Of a stretch of DNA of 64,000 bases, positions 8,905-17,670 are shown piece by piece (within the stretch, counting starts at the first letter, position 1; each line of letters opens with the position of its first letter). The DNA is taken from contig CAVPIB010000004.1 in the NCBI GenBank assembly GCA_963704885.1, positions 256,001 to 320,000 on the forward strand, given 5' to 3'. A model generated the notes under the pieces. The model worked only from the letters and a program-made list of their open reading frames with translations. It did no database searches and was not told the origin of the DNA. A program made the position numbers and the translations under genes. This DNA comes from an uncultured Actinomycetes bacterium. Lineage in GTDB: Bacteria > Actinomycetota > UBA4738 > HRBIN12.

Positions 8905-9629
8905 GCGCTGTGGAGGTGACCCCGCAGGTTCGCTCGCAGGAGCGCCTGCTTGAACTTCCGGGACGTCACCGCCAGATCGCCGAGCGCCTGAGAGGCGGCG
9001 CGGCGGGCGTCGGGGTTCTTCTGTCGAAGCGTCGGCGCAACGATCGTCTGGAAGAAGTCCGATTCCCGTTCCTCGAAATGCTTGTACATCGTCAGGTGAC
9101 GCGGTTCCACCCCGAACCGGAAGAAGTCCTTAACGATCGAGAGCACGATGTAGTCGTCTCCGTCGTAGTAGCGGGCTCCGTCGGGGCCGTGCGAGCACAC
9201 GATGCCGAAGGATTCGAGCTCCTTGATCCGATCGCGCTCGACACCGGTGGCGGCCGACATCTCCTCGAGCGACATCTGCAACCCGGTCGGCGCCTCCGCC
9301 AGCTCTTCGCTGGGCGCACCGTCGCCGCCCGACCCGCCGTCCGATCCGGCACCGTCCTCATCGAGTCCGTCTCCGTCGCCCCCCTGACTGAGGAGGCGCT
9401 CCTTGATCACCTTCAGCGGCAGGTACTCATCGCGCTGCATCCGCAGGATCGACTTCAGGCGATCGACGTCGTCCACGTAGAACTTCCGGTACCCCGACGG
9501 CGTGCGCTCCGGTTCGATCAACCCCTCGGCTTCCAAGAACCGGATCTTCGAGATGGTGATGTCGGGGAACTCGGTCTTCACCGACACCAACACCTCCCCG
9601 ATCGACTGGTAGTTGCGTGTGCCCGCCAT
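8901..9629 (-). CDS. MerR-family regulator (Rv1828/FtsR-like)
   Basis: SIGEVL...FPDITISKIRFLEAEGLIEPERTPSGYRKF...YLPLKVIKE and GVEPRHL. A GTG at 9635 is an alternative start. Confidence 0.9.
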   Translation of the reverse strand: MAGTRNYQSIGEVLVSVKTEFPDITISKIRFLEAEGLIEPERTPSGYRKFYVDDVDRLKSILRMQRDEYLPLKVIKERLLSQGGDGDGLDEDGAGSDGGSGGDGAPSEELAEAPTGLQMSLEEMSAATGVERDRIKELESFGIVCSHGPDGARYYDGDDYIVLSIVKDFFRFGVEPRHLTMYKHFEERESDFFQTIVAPTLRQKNPDARRAASQALGDLAVTSRKFKQALLRANLRGHLHSA

Positions 9630-9636
9630 CGTCACA

Positions 9637-10098
9637 TCACTCCCCCGCAACGAAGAACACCAGCTTGAACATCCCGATCTGCACCTCATCACCCGATGCG
9701 AGCTTCGTCTCCTCGACCTGCTCGCCGTTCACGTACGTCCCGTTCAGGCTGCCGGAGTCTCGAACGAAGAACGAGCCATCCTCGTGCCGAAGGATCGACG
9801 CATGGGCGCGCGACACGGTGATGTCGTCCAGGAAGACATGGCTATCCGTGTTGCGACCTACCGATGTCTCGTCGCGTTCGATCAGGAACGTCGACCCTGC
9901 GTTCGGACCACGCTTCACCAGAAGGAGACCCTGCCCTGCTTCCAGCTCGTCATGAGGGAACGGGAAGTCACCCTGACCCTCATCGTCGCTCTCGACTGGG
10001 GTGAGAGTGACCGTCGGGTCATCCTTCAGGGGACGACCACACTCCGCGCAGAAACGCGCGTCGTCGCGATTGGGATGTCCACAGTGGGTGCAGAACAC
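9637..10098 (-). CDS. Zinc-ribbon + FHA domain protein (GarA/OdhI-like)
   Basis: CxxC...CxxC at the N-terminus, then LVKRGPNAGS, GR..DS.VFLDDITVSR.HA and GSLNGTYVN. Confidence 0.92.
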   Translation of the reverse strand: MFCTHCGHPNRDDARFCAECGRPLKDDPTVTLTPVESDDEGQGDFPFPHDELEAGQGLLLVKRGPNAGSTFLIERDETSVGRNTDSHVFLDDITVSRAHASILRHEDGSFFVRDSGSLNGTYVNGEQVEETKLASGDEVQIGMFKLVFFVAGE

Positions 10099-10175
10099 CG
10101 TCAGGTCTCCCTCGAACCCGGCCTCATGCGAAGGATAGAGGTTGGGGAAGACCCTCGACCCTGTACCGCGCGTGG

Positions 10176-10204
10176 ACGTTATCGCAGCACATCCAGAGGG
10201 TCAA
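10176..10204 (-). promoter_or_regulatory. Sigma70-type promoter of the garA operon
   Basis: TTGACC-N17-TAACGT on the minus strand. Confidence 0.65.
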
Positions 10205-10267
10205 CCGTGCCTAGGGGCAACCCTCGACCCTCGACGACCCCAACGCTCCACCATGGGTGGACGACCT

Positions 10268-10651
10268 CTACGCCCCTTCGACGAAGGCTCTATACGCATC
10301 GGCTTCCATCAGTCCGTCGAACGCCGCGGGGTCGGCCGGGTCCACGAGGACGAGCCATCCGTCCCCGTAGGGTTGCTCGTTCACGAGCTCGGGATGCTCG
10401 TCCAGCAGCGGGTTCCGCTCGACGATGGCTCCATCGACGGGGCAGAAGACGTCGGACACGGACTTCGTTGACTCCACCTCACCGAAGGTTCGGTGAGCCT
10501 GAACGGTAGCGCCGACCTCGGGGAGATCTACGTAAACCACATCGCCCAAAGCGTCCTGGGCATAGTCCGTGATCCCGACGCGGATCCGGTCACCCTCGGC
10601 CCGTGCCCACTCGTGCTCTTCGGTGTAGCGGAGTTCCTGCGGGTATTCCAC
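10268..10651 (-). CDS. gcvH: Glycine cleavage system H protein
   Basis: YTEEHEW, VGITDYAQDALGDVVYV, EVESTKSVSD (lipoyl lysine). GTG start with an upstream AAGGAG. Confidence 0.95.
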   Translation of the reverse strand: MEYPQELRYTEEHEWARAEGDRIRVGITDYAQDALGDVVYVDLPEVGATVQAHRTFGEVESTKSVSDVFCPVDGAIVERNPLLDEHPELVNEQPYGDGWLVLVDPADPAAFDGLMEADAYRAFVEGA

Positions 10652-10716
10652 GTGGCTCTCCTTCTGTGCGTGAGGTCGACGGCGGCAACGATAGCTCCTG
10701 GCGCCCCCCGGGTGTC

Positions 10717-11304
10717 CTAGCGCTGCTTCGCGAGAGTTCTGCGGATGTCGCCGACGTACATGCCTGCCGCCACGTAGGACTCCGTGATGCCCACCGCGAA
10801 CGCCCCCCACCCGAGCACTAGGAGCGCAGGGCCGAGAGGGAGCTCGAGGTTGCCCCAGGCGATACTGGGGATGGCGCACATCAGCGTGAAGGTCGCCACC
10901 TTGCCGATCGTCCGAACCTCGATCCTCAGATGGTGTCTGGTCAGGAGCACCGCACCAACCAGGAGGATCGCCGCGTCCCTGGCCAGGACCAGGAGCGCCG
11001 CCCACAGCGGGAACACGCCGCGCACCACGAGGGCGATCGAACCCGCCGCGATCGCCAGACGGTCTGCCGTTGGGTCCAGGACCTTGCCCAGCTCGGAGAC
11101 CTGTCCGGTCCGCCTGGCAACCCATCCATCGACCCAGTCGGTCGCCATGACGGCGGCGAACAGGACCAACCCCCAGGTCGTGGTCGACGGGCGGACGATC
11201 AGGATCACGAACGCCGGTATGAGCAGGATGCGCAAGGACGACACGAGGTTCGGGATGGTGAACACGTCCGACGACGCCCGGTCGGAGTCGTTCGTCCCCT
11301 TCAT
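10717..11304 (-). CDS. CDP-alcohol phosphatidyltransferase (PgsA2-like)
   Basis: TIPN..S.LR and TDWVDGWVARR.GQVSELGKVLDPTADR. Confidence 0.92.
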   Translation of the reverse strand: MKGTNDSDRASSDVFTIPNLVSSLRILLIPAFVILIVRPSTTTWGLVLFAAVMATDWVDGWVARRTGQVSELGKVLDPTADRLAIAAGSIALVVRGVFPLWAALLVLARDAAILLVGAVLLTRHHLRIEVRTIGKVATFTLMCAIPSIAWGNLELPLGPALLVLGWGAFAVGITESYVAAGMYVGDIRRTLAKQR

Positions 11305-11307
11305 CGG

Positions 11308-11381
11308 TCGGGACGGCGGGACTTGAACCCGCGACCCCTGGTCCCCCAGACCAGTGCGCTACCAGACTGCGCCACGTCCCG
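11308..11381 (-). tRNA. tRNA-Pro(GGG)
   Basis: Acceptor stem CGGGACG/CGTCCCG, anticodon arm CTGGT-CTGGGGG-ACCAG, T-loop GGTTCAAGTCC. The 3' end reads A-CCG, so CCA is not encoded. A TACGAT -10 box lies just upstream. Confidence 0.96.
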
Positions 11382-11455
11382 AAGGCGCCATCGTATCAAG
11401 GTGGAGCCCACGGACCCTGCAGTGACCAGCGAGGACGCCACTAGTCCGTCCCAGA

Positions 11456-12769
11456 CTAGCCGCGCCTCGATCCTCCGCCGCGCTTACGCGGACGGAACGT
11501 CAGCCGGATCGGTATGCCGTTCCACCCGAACGTACGTCTCAAGAGATTCTCCAGGTAGCGCTGGTACCCGGGGTCCGGCTCACGTGCACCTCCGAAGATC
11601 ACGAAGCTCGGCGGACCGGCCGAGACCTGGGTGGCGTAGTGGAGAGAACCGGCGTTCCGCGCGGTGGGACGGCGAGCCTGCGCGTCCTGGAGGACCTCGT
11701 TCACCTTGGCGGTCGGAACGCGGCGGCTCCATCGTCCATGCAGGTCCAGCAGGATCGGAGGCAGGCGGTGGACGCCCTGACCCTTCGTGGCGGAGGTCCG
11801 GATCGCCTCGGCCGCGGCGAAGAGGCCGACGTCTTCCTGCAGACGCTTGAACGTTCGGTCCTTCTCCTCGACCAGATCCCACTTGTTCGCGGCCACGAGC
11901 AGGCCTCGACCAGCCTCCATCACTCGGACGGCGATCTTCTTGTCCTCAGACGTGAACCCCTCAGGAGCCTCGATCACCAGGACGGCCACGTGTGCCCGAT
12001 CGATAGCGCGAGTTGCCCGCACGAAGCTGTAGAACTCCAAGCCCCGCACCTTGGTCTGGCGACGCATGCCGGCGGTGTCGACGAACCGCACCGGCCCGTC
12101 CGGCCACTCGAGGACCGCATCGACGCTGTCTCGGGTGGTCCCGGCTTCTTCGAAGACCACCGAACGCTCCTGTCCCACCAGGGAGTTGAAGATGGACGAC
12201 TTGCCCACGTTCGGCCTGCCGACGAGCGCGAACCGTGGCTCCTCGGCAGGTTCATCGATCGGCTCCGGGGTGTGGGGTAAGAGCTGGATCATCCGATCCA
12301 GGAGGTCGCCCGCTCCCCGCCCGTGCATCGCTGACACGGGCATCGGCTCGCCGAGTCCCAAGGAGTACAGAGCCGAAGCGTCGGCCTCGTCCCGATCCGA
12401 ATCGACCTTGTTCGCTACCAGGAGTACCGGGGTGGTGGCTCGCCGCAGCCGGCGAGCCAGGCTGGCGTCCTCGCTCGTGGCGCCCGCTTGCGCATCCACG
12501 ACCAGCAGGACGACGTCCGCCTCGGTTGCGGCTCGTTCGGCCTGTCCGGCGACGAGCGACTCGATCCCCCTCGCGGCGTGCGTGTACCCGCCGGTGTCGA
12601 CCAATATGAACCGCCGGCCGCGCCAGGAAGCCTCCATCTCCACCCGGTCGCGCGTTACCCCGGGGGTCTCGTGTGCGATCGTCTCACGCCGACCGAACAG
12701 TCGGTTCACCAAGGTGGACTTCCCGACGTTCTGGCGACCGACTACCGCCACCTTGGGAAGGCGCGTCAT
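11456..12769 (-). CDS. der: Ribosome biogenesis GTPase Der/EngA
   Basis: Two G domains: GRQNVGKS/DTGG/NKVD and GRPNVGKS/DTAG/NKWD. Confidence 0.96.
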   Translation of the reverse strand: MTRLPKVAVVGRQNVGKSTLVNRLFGRRETIAHETPGVTRDRVEMEASWRGRRFILVDTGGYTHAARGIESLVAGQAERAATEADVVLLVVDAQAGATSEDASLARRLRRATTPVLLVANKVDSDRDEADASALYSLGLGEPMPVSAMHGRGAGDLLDRMIQLLPHTPEPIDEPAEEPRFALVGRPNVGKSSIFNSLVGQERSVVFEEAGTTRDSVDAVLEWPDGPVRFVDTAGMRRQTKVRGLEFYSFVRATRAIDRAHVAVLVIEAPEGFTSEDKKIAVRVMEAGRGLLVAANKWDLVEEKDRTFKRLQEDVGLFAAAEAIRTSATKGQGVHRLPPILLDLHGRWSRRVPTAKVNEVLQDAQARRPTARNAGSLHYATQVSAGPPSFVIFGGAREPDPGYQRYLENLLRRTFGWNGIPIRLTFRPRKRGGGSRRG

Positions 12770-13425
12770 CGGGCGACCTCCGGTAGCCGCGTGAACACGA
12801 CGGCCAGCGCGGCTTCCAGGGTCTCGCTCACGGTCTTATCGCCGGTGTCCAGGACCTCAGCACCCGGTGCCGGCTCGAACGGATTCACGACGGAGTCCCT
12901 AGCGTCGCGCTGGTGCAACGCTGACCCGACCGCGGGATCCGCCGCGCCGCGCTCTGCCGCGCGTCGCTCGATCCGCGTGTCGGCGGATGCTGTCAGGAAC
13001 AGCTTCACCGGAGCGTCGGGGAACACGATCGTGCCGATGTCTCGGCCTTCGACCACCGCATCAGGAGACCCGAGCGCACGCTGCGCCCGGCGCATGAGCT
13101 CCCGGACCTGCGGATGCCTCGCGACCTGCGAAACGTGCTCTTCAACCCGATCGCTCTCCAGGGCCGACGAAGGGGGGGAACCCTCGACCTCGAGCTCGGG
13201 AGACGCACCAGCTCCCAGGCTGAACCTCAACTCTCGCGTGAGCTCCGCGAGAGCGTCGCCGTTGCCTGGATCCACCCCCGCCTCGATCGCGGCGAGCGTC
13301 AGCGCTCGATACATGACGCCCGTGTTCACGTACGGCACACGGAGTTCACGTGCGAGGCCGCGAGCGAGCGTACTCTTGCCCGATCCGGCCGAGCCGTCGA
13401 TCGCTATCACGCGGAGGTCGGTCAT
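12766..13425 (-). CDS. cmk: Cytidylate kinase
   Basis: IAIDGSAGSGKST, TGVMYRA, VEGRDIGTIVFPDA. ATGA overlap with the aroA stop. Confidence 0.95.
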   Translation of the reverse strand: MTDLRVIAIDGSAGSGKSTLARGLARELRVPYVNTGVMYRALTLAAIEAGVDPGNGDALAELTRELRFSLGAGASPELEVEGSPPSSALESDRVEEHVSQVARHPQVRELMRRAQRALGSPDAVVEGRDIGTIVFPDAPVKLFLTASADTRIERRAAERGAADPAVGSALHQRDARDSVVNPFEPAPGAEVLDTGDKTVSETLEAALAVVFTRLPEVAR

Positions 13426-14795
13426 GACACCGGCTCCGCCGTCGCACCCAGCCCTCGGACGACAGCCAGGAACCCTGGGAACGACACATCGGCGGCCTCC
13501 ATGCCCGACACCTCGCACGGTGCGTCTGCGCGAAGGGCCGCCACCGCGAACGCCATGGCCAGGCGATGATCCCCTAGGGGATCCGCGACCCCACCTCGCA
13601 ATCCTATCCCGGAGACGACCAGGTCCTGGTTCTCGACCCCCGCGTGGCCACCCAATGCCACGATCCCACGAGCGATGCCGGCCAGCCGGTCACTCTCCTT
13701 GACGCGGAGCTCCCCCACCTCCGCGAACCAGGTCTCCCCTCGGCAGTGGGCTGCAAGTAGCGCGAGGACGGGGACCTCATCGATGATCAGGGGTAGTTCG
13801 TCGGCGCCGACCTCGGTGCCTACCAGCTCGGCGTTTGGGCCGACCCATAACTCGCCGATCGGCTCACCCAGCTCATGCCGCTCCACGGTGATCCGGGTTC
13901 TGACCCCCATCCGAGATAGGACCTGTAGGTAGTGCAGGCGACTCGGGTTGAGGCCGACCCCCGCGATCGAGAGCTCGGCGCCGGATAGAGCGGCAGCGGC
14001 CACCAGGAAGGCGGCCGATGAGGGATCCCCCGGCAGTGTGGCCGCGAAGGCCTCGTGTTCAGATCCCCCTCGAACGGAGATGGTGGAGCCCTCGACGCTC
14101 ACAGGAAGGCCCAGGGCAGCGAACGCACGCTCCGTGTGATCGCGGGTGGGGGCGGGCTCGGTCACGGCGGTCGTGTCCTCGGCGCCCAAACCTGCGAACA
14201 GGATGGCGCCCTTCACCTGGGCCGAAGGAAGTGCAAGCACGCTCGCGACGCCATGAAGATGCCGGCCTTCGACCGTGATCGGTGCGTGTCCGTCGGTGGT
14301 GCGAACGACCGCACCCATCTCTCGAAGCGGTACGGCGACGCGTTCCATCGGGCGGGCGGAGAGGCTCCGGTCACCGGTCAGTGTCGACCTGAACGGCGCC
14401 GTCGCGAGCGCTCCCACCATCAACCGCATCGCAGTGCCGGAATTGCCGCAGTCAAGATCGGTGGGAGGCTCGACCAAGCCGGACCACCCCTCACCCTCGA
14501 CCTCAAGGACCTGCTCGGAGGGATCGGGGTCGTAGGGGTTCCACGTGGAACCGTGACCCTCGGCGGCTCCCCCAACGTTCCCGGCCCAAGCCTCGAGTGC
14601 ACGTCTAGCCCGGCCCGACACCTTCGCCAGACATGCGGCGGTCGACCGAACGTCGAGCGACGGTGGAAGGCCCACTAGACGGCTGGTGCCGCGAGCCGTG
14701 GCGGCCAGGATCAACCAGCGGTGCGCGATGGACTTGTCCCCGGGCACGCGCACGTTCCTCGATGTGATGGGTCCCGGCGTGACGCGAACGCGCAT
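13422..14795 (-). CDS. aroA: EPSP synthase with an in-frame insertion near the N-terminus
   Basis: VPGDKSIAHR, DCGNSGTAMR, SAQVK, RDHTER, ELRVKESDR, DHRLAM. Confidence 0.95.
   Translation of the reverse strand: MRVRVTPGPITSRNVRVPGDKSIAHRWLILAATARGTSRLVGLPPSLDVRSTAACLAKVSGRARRALEAWAGNVGGAAEGHGSTWNPYDPDPSEQVLEVEGEGWSGLVEPPTDLDCGNSGTAMRLMVGALATAPFRSTLTGDRSLSARPMERVAVPLREMGAVVRTTDGHAPITVEGRHLHGVASVLALPSAQVKGAILFAGLGAEDTTAVTEPAPTRDHTERAFAALGLPVSVEGSTISVRGGSEHEAFAATLPGDPSSAAFLVAAAALSGAELSIAGVGLNPSRLHYLQVLSRMGVRTRITVERHELGEPIGELWVGPNAELVGTEVGADELPLIIDEVPVLALLAAHCRGETWFAEVGELRVKESDRLAGIARGIVALGGHAGVENQDLVVSGIGLRGGVADPLGDHRLAMAFAVAALRADAPCEVSGMEAADVSFPGFLAVVRGLGATAEPVS
14537..14552. other. parS-like palindrome (ParB binding site)
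   Basis: GGTTCCACGTGGAACC is a perfect 16-bp inverted repeat whose core fits the parS consensus GTT(T/C)CACGTG(A/G)AAC. Confidence 0.7.
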
Positions 14796-14805
14796 CGTCA
14801 ACCTC

Positions 14806-15906
14806 TCAAGCCAGGCGGACGGGATCGAAGGACCGCGACGCCAGCACGTGGAGGGCGACATCTGCTGAAAGAGCCGCGACCGTGAGATGCACCGTGCCGC
14901 GCCCGCCCTCGGGCGAGTGCACGATCTGCAGGTCCTCGATGTTCACCTGGCCCTCCGCGAGTGCCGATGTGAGCTCGGCGAGCGCGCCGGGACGGTCCGG
15001 GATCGGGACCTGGAGCACCGCCACCCCCGCCCGGATCTGCGGCTTGGCGGCCAATCTCAGGCGCGCCCGCTTGGCACTGTCGAACGTCTCCTCGATCGAG
15101 TCGGCTTGTCCCTGAAGGACCTGATCGCGGAGGTCCTGCAACCTGGCGGAGAACAGGTCGATCGCCTCGGCGATGGCCTCACGGTTGGCGAGGAGGATCT
15201 GGCTCCAGAGCGCGGGGTTGGACGAGGCCAGTCGGGTGAGGTCGCGGAACCCCCCCGCAGCCAGAAGGAGGATCTCTGGCTCGTCGGCCTCTTCGGTCGC
15301 GGCGAGCGCCATCAGGGCCGTCGAGGCCACCTGGGGCAGGTGGCTCACGAACGCCACCAACCGGTCGTGGCGAGTCGGGGACATCCGAACCGGGCGTCCG
15401 CCGATCCGCTCGATCCAGGCCTCCAGCCCCTCGATAGAGGAGGCGTCCACATCTTCGTCGGGAGTGAGCACCCACACGATGCCGTCGACCACCGAGGGCG
15501 ACGCATGCTCGGGCCCCGATCGTTCGGATCCGCCCATCGGGTGGCCGCCGATGTACCGTTCCGCGGCCGCCTTCCCCTGCGTCCGTCCGACCTCGCGCAC
15601 CAGGTGCCCCTTGATGCTTCCAACGTCGGTGACGATCGCCGTCGGCTCCGCCTGTAGCGCCCTAGTCACGAGCTCCGGCGTGGCCGGGATCGGGGCGCAT
15701 ACGACCACGATGTCGGCGTCGCGCACCGCCTCCGCGAAGGTCGGGGCGATCTGCATGTCGGTACGTTCGGCCGCACGGGCCGCGGTCTGGACGTCGGCAT
15801 CCCAGCCGCTCACCCTGCACCCCACGCGCGCCGAGGCCATGGCGATCGACGTCCCCATCAGGCCGGTGCCGATGACGGCGATCCGCTCAGCGGGGGTCGA
15901 GGTCAT
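14806..15906 (-). CDS. tyrA: Prephenate dehydrogenase with C-terminal ACT domain
   Basis: GTGLMGTS, TDVGSIK, GGHPMGGSE, HDRLVAFVSHLP, PDRPGALA. Confidence 0.93.
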   Translation of the reverse strand: MTSTPAERIAVIGTGLMGTSIAMASARVGCRVSGWDADVQTAARAAERTDMQIAPTFAEAVRDADIVVVCAPIPATPELVTRALQAEPTAIVTDVGSIKGHLVREVGRTQGKAAAERYIGGHPMGGSERSGPEHASPSVVDGIVWVLTPDEDVDASSIEGLEAWIERIGGRPVRMSPTRHDRLVAFVSHLPQVASTALMALAATEEADEPEILLLAAGGFRDLTRLASSNPALWSQILLANREAIAEAIDLFSARLQDLRDQVLQGQADSIEETFDSAKRARLRLAAKPQIRAGVAVLQVPIPDRPGALAELTSALAEGQVNIEDLQIVHSPEGGRGTVHLTVAALSADVALHVLASRSFDPVRLA

Positions 15907-16252
15907 CGCGCAGCGACTCCGCGCCGTCGAGGTAGACGTGGACTATGTCGTCGAGGGCGCGCTCTGAGTGGAAGTGGGCCAAGACGCGCACGACCGAGGG
16001 CATCGAACCCTCGACCGGGATCTCCCGGGCACACATGAGCGGGACGAGACCCAGACCCATCCCGCGGGCAGCCTCGGCCGGGAACCCCGAGCGAAGATCG
16101 TCCGTGACCGTGAACAGGATGCTGATCAGTTCAGCGTGATCCACGTCGTTGCGCTCGAGCAATGCCTGCAGGAGCCGTCCCGTGGCGGCGAGCAGCGTAT
16201 CTGCGTCGTCTCGAGCGACGACGATGGCCCCGCGGGCCGCGCGAACACGCAT
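15887..16252 (-). CDS. aroH: Chorismate mutase, AroH type
   Basis: VRAARGAI, SILFTVTDDL...FPAEAAR, HVYLDGAESLR.DL. GGGAGG lies upstream of the ATG at 16252. Confidence 0.9.
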   Translation of the reverse strand: MRVRAARGAIVVARDDADTLLAATGRLLQALLERNDVDHAELISILFTVTDDLRSGFPAEAARGMGLGLVPLMCAREIPVEGSMPSVVRVLAHFHSERALDDIVHVYLDGAESLRDDLDPR

Positions 16253-16294
16253 CTGGGCGTCCCTCCCCAAGGCGGTCGCCTCGGAGCGACAAGG

Positions 16295-17017
16295 CTACAT
16301 GCCGGCGGCGCGCCAGAGCCCGCGGACCTCCTCGAGCGTGAGCTCTCGGATCGCCCCCGGCGCTAGCCGTCCCAGCCGCACCGGTCCTATCCTCAGTCGC
16401 ACGAGCCGCGTGACCGGGAGGTCGACCGCAGCCAGAAGCCGCCGGACCTCGCGCTTGCGGCCTTCGGTCATGACGAGACGGACGGCACCGCGCCCGCCAC
16501 TCGCGGCCACGATCCTCGCCGACTTGGGGGTGGCCGGCCCGTCATCAAGCTCAACGCCACGCCTCAGTCGTGCGATCTGGCGCTCGGAGGGCGTACCGTC
16601 GACCTCGGCCAGGTACTCCTTCTCGATCGCGTAGCGTGGGTGCAGGAGTCGATTGCCCAGCTCTCCGTCGTTGGTCAGCAGGAGCAGCCCTTCCGAGTCG
16701 CGGTCGAGCCTCCCGACCGGAAACACACGAGGTCCGTCCGTGGGCAAGAGGCCCCGCATGTCGGGACGACCTTGAGGATCGCGCATGGTCGTGACGACCC
16801 CAGTGGGTTTGTGGAGCGCGTAGTACCTCACGTTCGGGTCGAGGTTCACGGTCACTCCGTCAACGGCGACCAGATCCGTCTCGGCCTCGACGCGATCCCC
16901 GAGCGTTGCGACCGTCCCGTTCACGCTGACCCGGCCCTGCGCGATCAGCTCCTCACAGGCCCGGCGGGAGCCGAAGCCGGCACGCGCCAGTGCGCGCTGC
17001 ACGCGCTCTTCGGGCAT
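16295..17017 (-). CDS. rluB: S4-domain pseudouridine synthase (RluB-like)
   Basis: ERVQRALARAG.GSRR, VGRLDRDSEGLLLLTNDG, EGRKREVRR. Confidence 0.9.
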   Translation of the reverse strand: MPEERVQRALARAGFGSRRACEELIAQGRVSVNGTVATLGDRVEAETDLVAVDGVTVNLDPNVRYYALHKPTGVVTTMRDPQGRPDMRGLLPTDGPRVFPVGRLDRDSEGLLLLTNDGELGNRLLHPRYAIEKEYLAEVDGTPSERQIARLRRGVELDDGPATPKSARIVAASGGRGAVRLVMTEGRKREVRRLLAAVDLPVTRLVRLRIGPVRLGRLAPGAIRELTLEEVRGLWRAAGM

Positions 17018-17021
17018 GGAC

Positions 17022-17669
17022 TCAGGCCGGTTCGTCGCCGCTGGGAGCGGAGACGTCGCCGACCTCGCCGCCGCCTTCGTCGTCCTCGGGCACATCCGAT
17101 GGGGCCGCGATCCCCTCGACCGCGGATGATGCGTCGTCCAGGTCGGCTCCAAGCAGGGGTGCCAGCGACGGCAGCGACGCCAGCGACGGCAGCCCGAGCC
17201 GCTCCAGGAAGCCTGGCGTGGTGCCGAACAGGACGGGGCGGCCCGGCGTCTCCTCTCGGCCCGCCTCCTCGACCAGCCCTCGATCCACCAGCGCTCGCAG
17301 GACGCCGTCGGAGTTCACGCCACGGATCGCAGATACCTGGTGCCGAGTGACCGGTTGCTTGTACGCGACGATCCCGAGCGTCTCCAGCGCCGCCTTCGTG
17401 AGACGAGCCTGGCGCGACGACAAGACGAACTGCTCCACCACCGGAGCCGTATCAGGGTGGGTGAACAGGCGCCAACCACCCGCGACGTTGCGCAGGACCA
17501 AGCCGGACCCTCGCTCCTCCAGGTCCCGGGCCAACTGATCACACAGACCCTCGGCCGTGCGGCGGTCTACCTCGAGCGCCTGCGCCAGCACCGACGCGGT
17601 GAGGGGCTCGTCCGAGACGAAGAACAGAGCCTCTATGGCTCTGGTGTCCAAGGCCGCCACATCGCTCAT
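17022..17669 (-). CDS. scpB: SMC-Scp complex subunit ScpB
   Basis: IEALFFVSDEP, LTKAALETL.IVAYKQPVTR...IRGV, GRPVLFGTT..FL. Confidence 0.95.
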   Translation of the reverse strand: MSDVAALDTRAIEALFFVSDEPLTASVLAQALEVDRRTAEGLCDQLARDLEERGSGLVLRNVAGGWRLFTHPDTAPVVEQFVLSSRQARLTKAALETLGIVAYKQPVTRHQVSAIRGVNSDGVLRALVDRGLVEEAGREETPGRPVLFGTTPGFLERLGLPSLASLPSLAPLLGADLDDASSAVEGIAAPSDVPEDDEGGGEVGDVSAPSGDEPA

Positions 17670-17670
17670 C

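Noticed and set aside
10645-10656. TTCCACGTGG at the gcvH start, a partial parS-like sequence
   Set aside because: The right arm breaks (CT instead of AAC), and it coincides with the GTG start context.
10652-11125. Apparent N-terminal extension of GcvH (likewise for PheT, Rpe, MBL, Cmk and RluB)
   Set aside because: The extensions overlap upstream genes in another frame. Better starts have SD, -10 or stop-overlap support, so these are not fusions.
17161-17193. 18-bp tandem repeat in scpB (LPSLASLPSLA)
   Set aside because: Fewer than two full copies inside the coding sequence, with no spacers.
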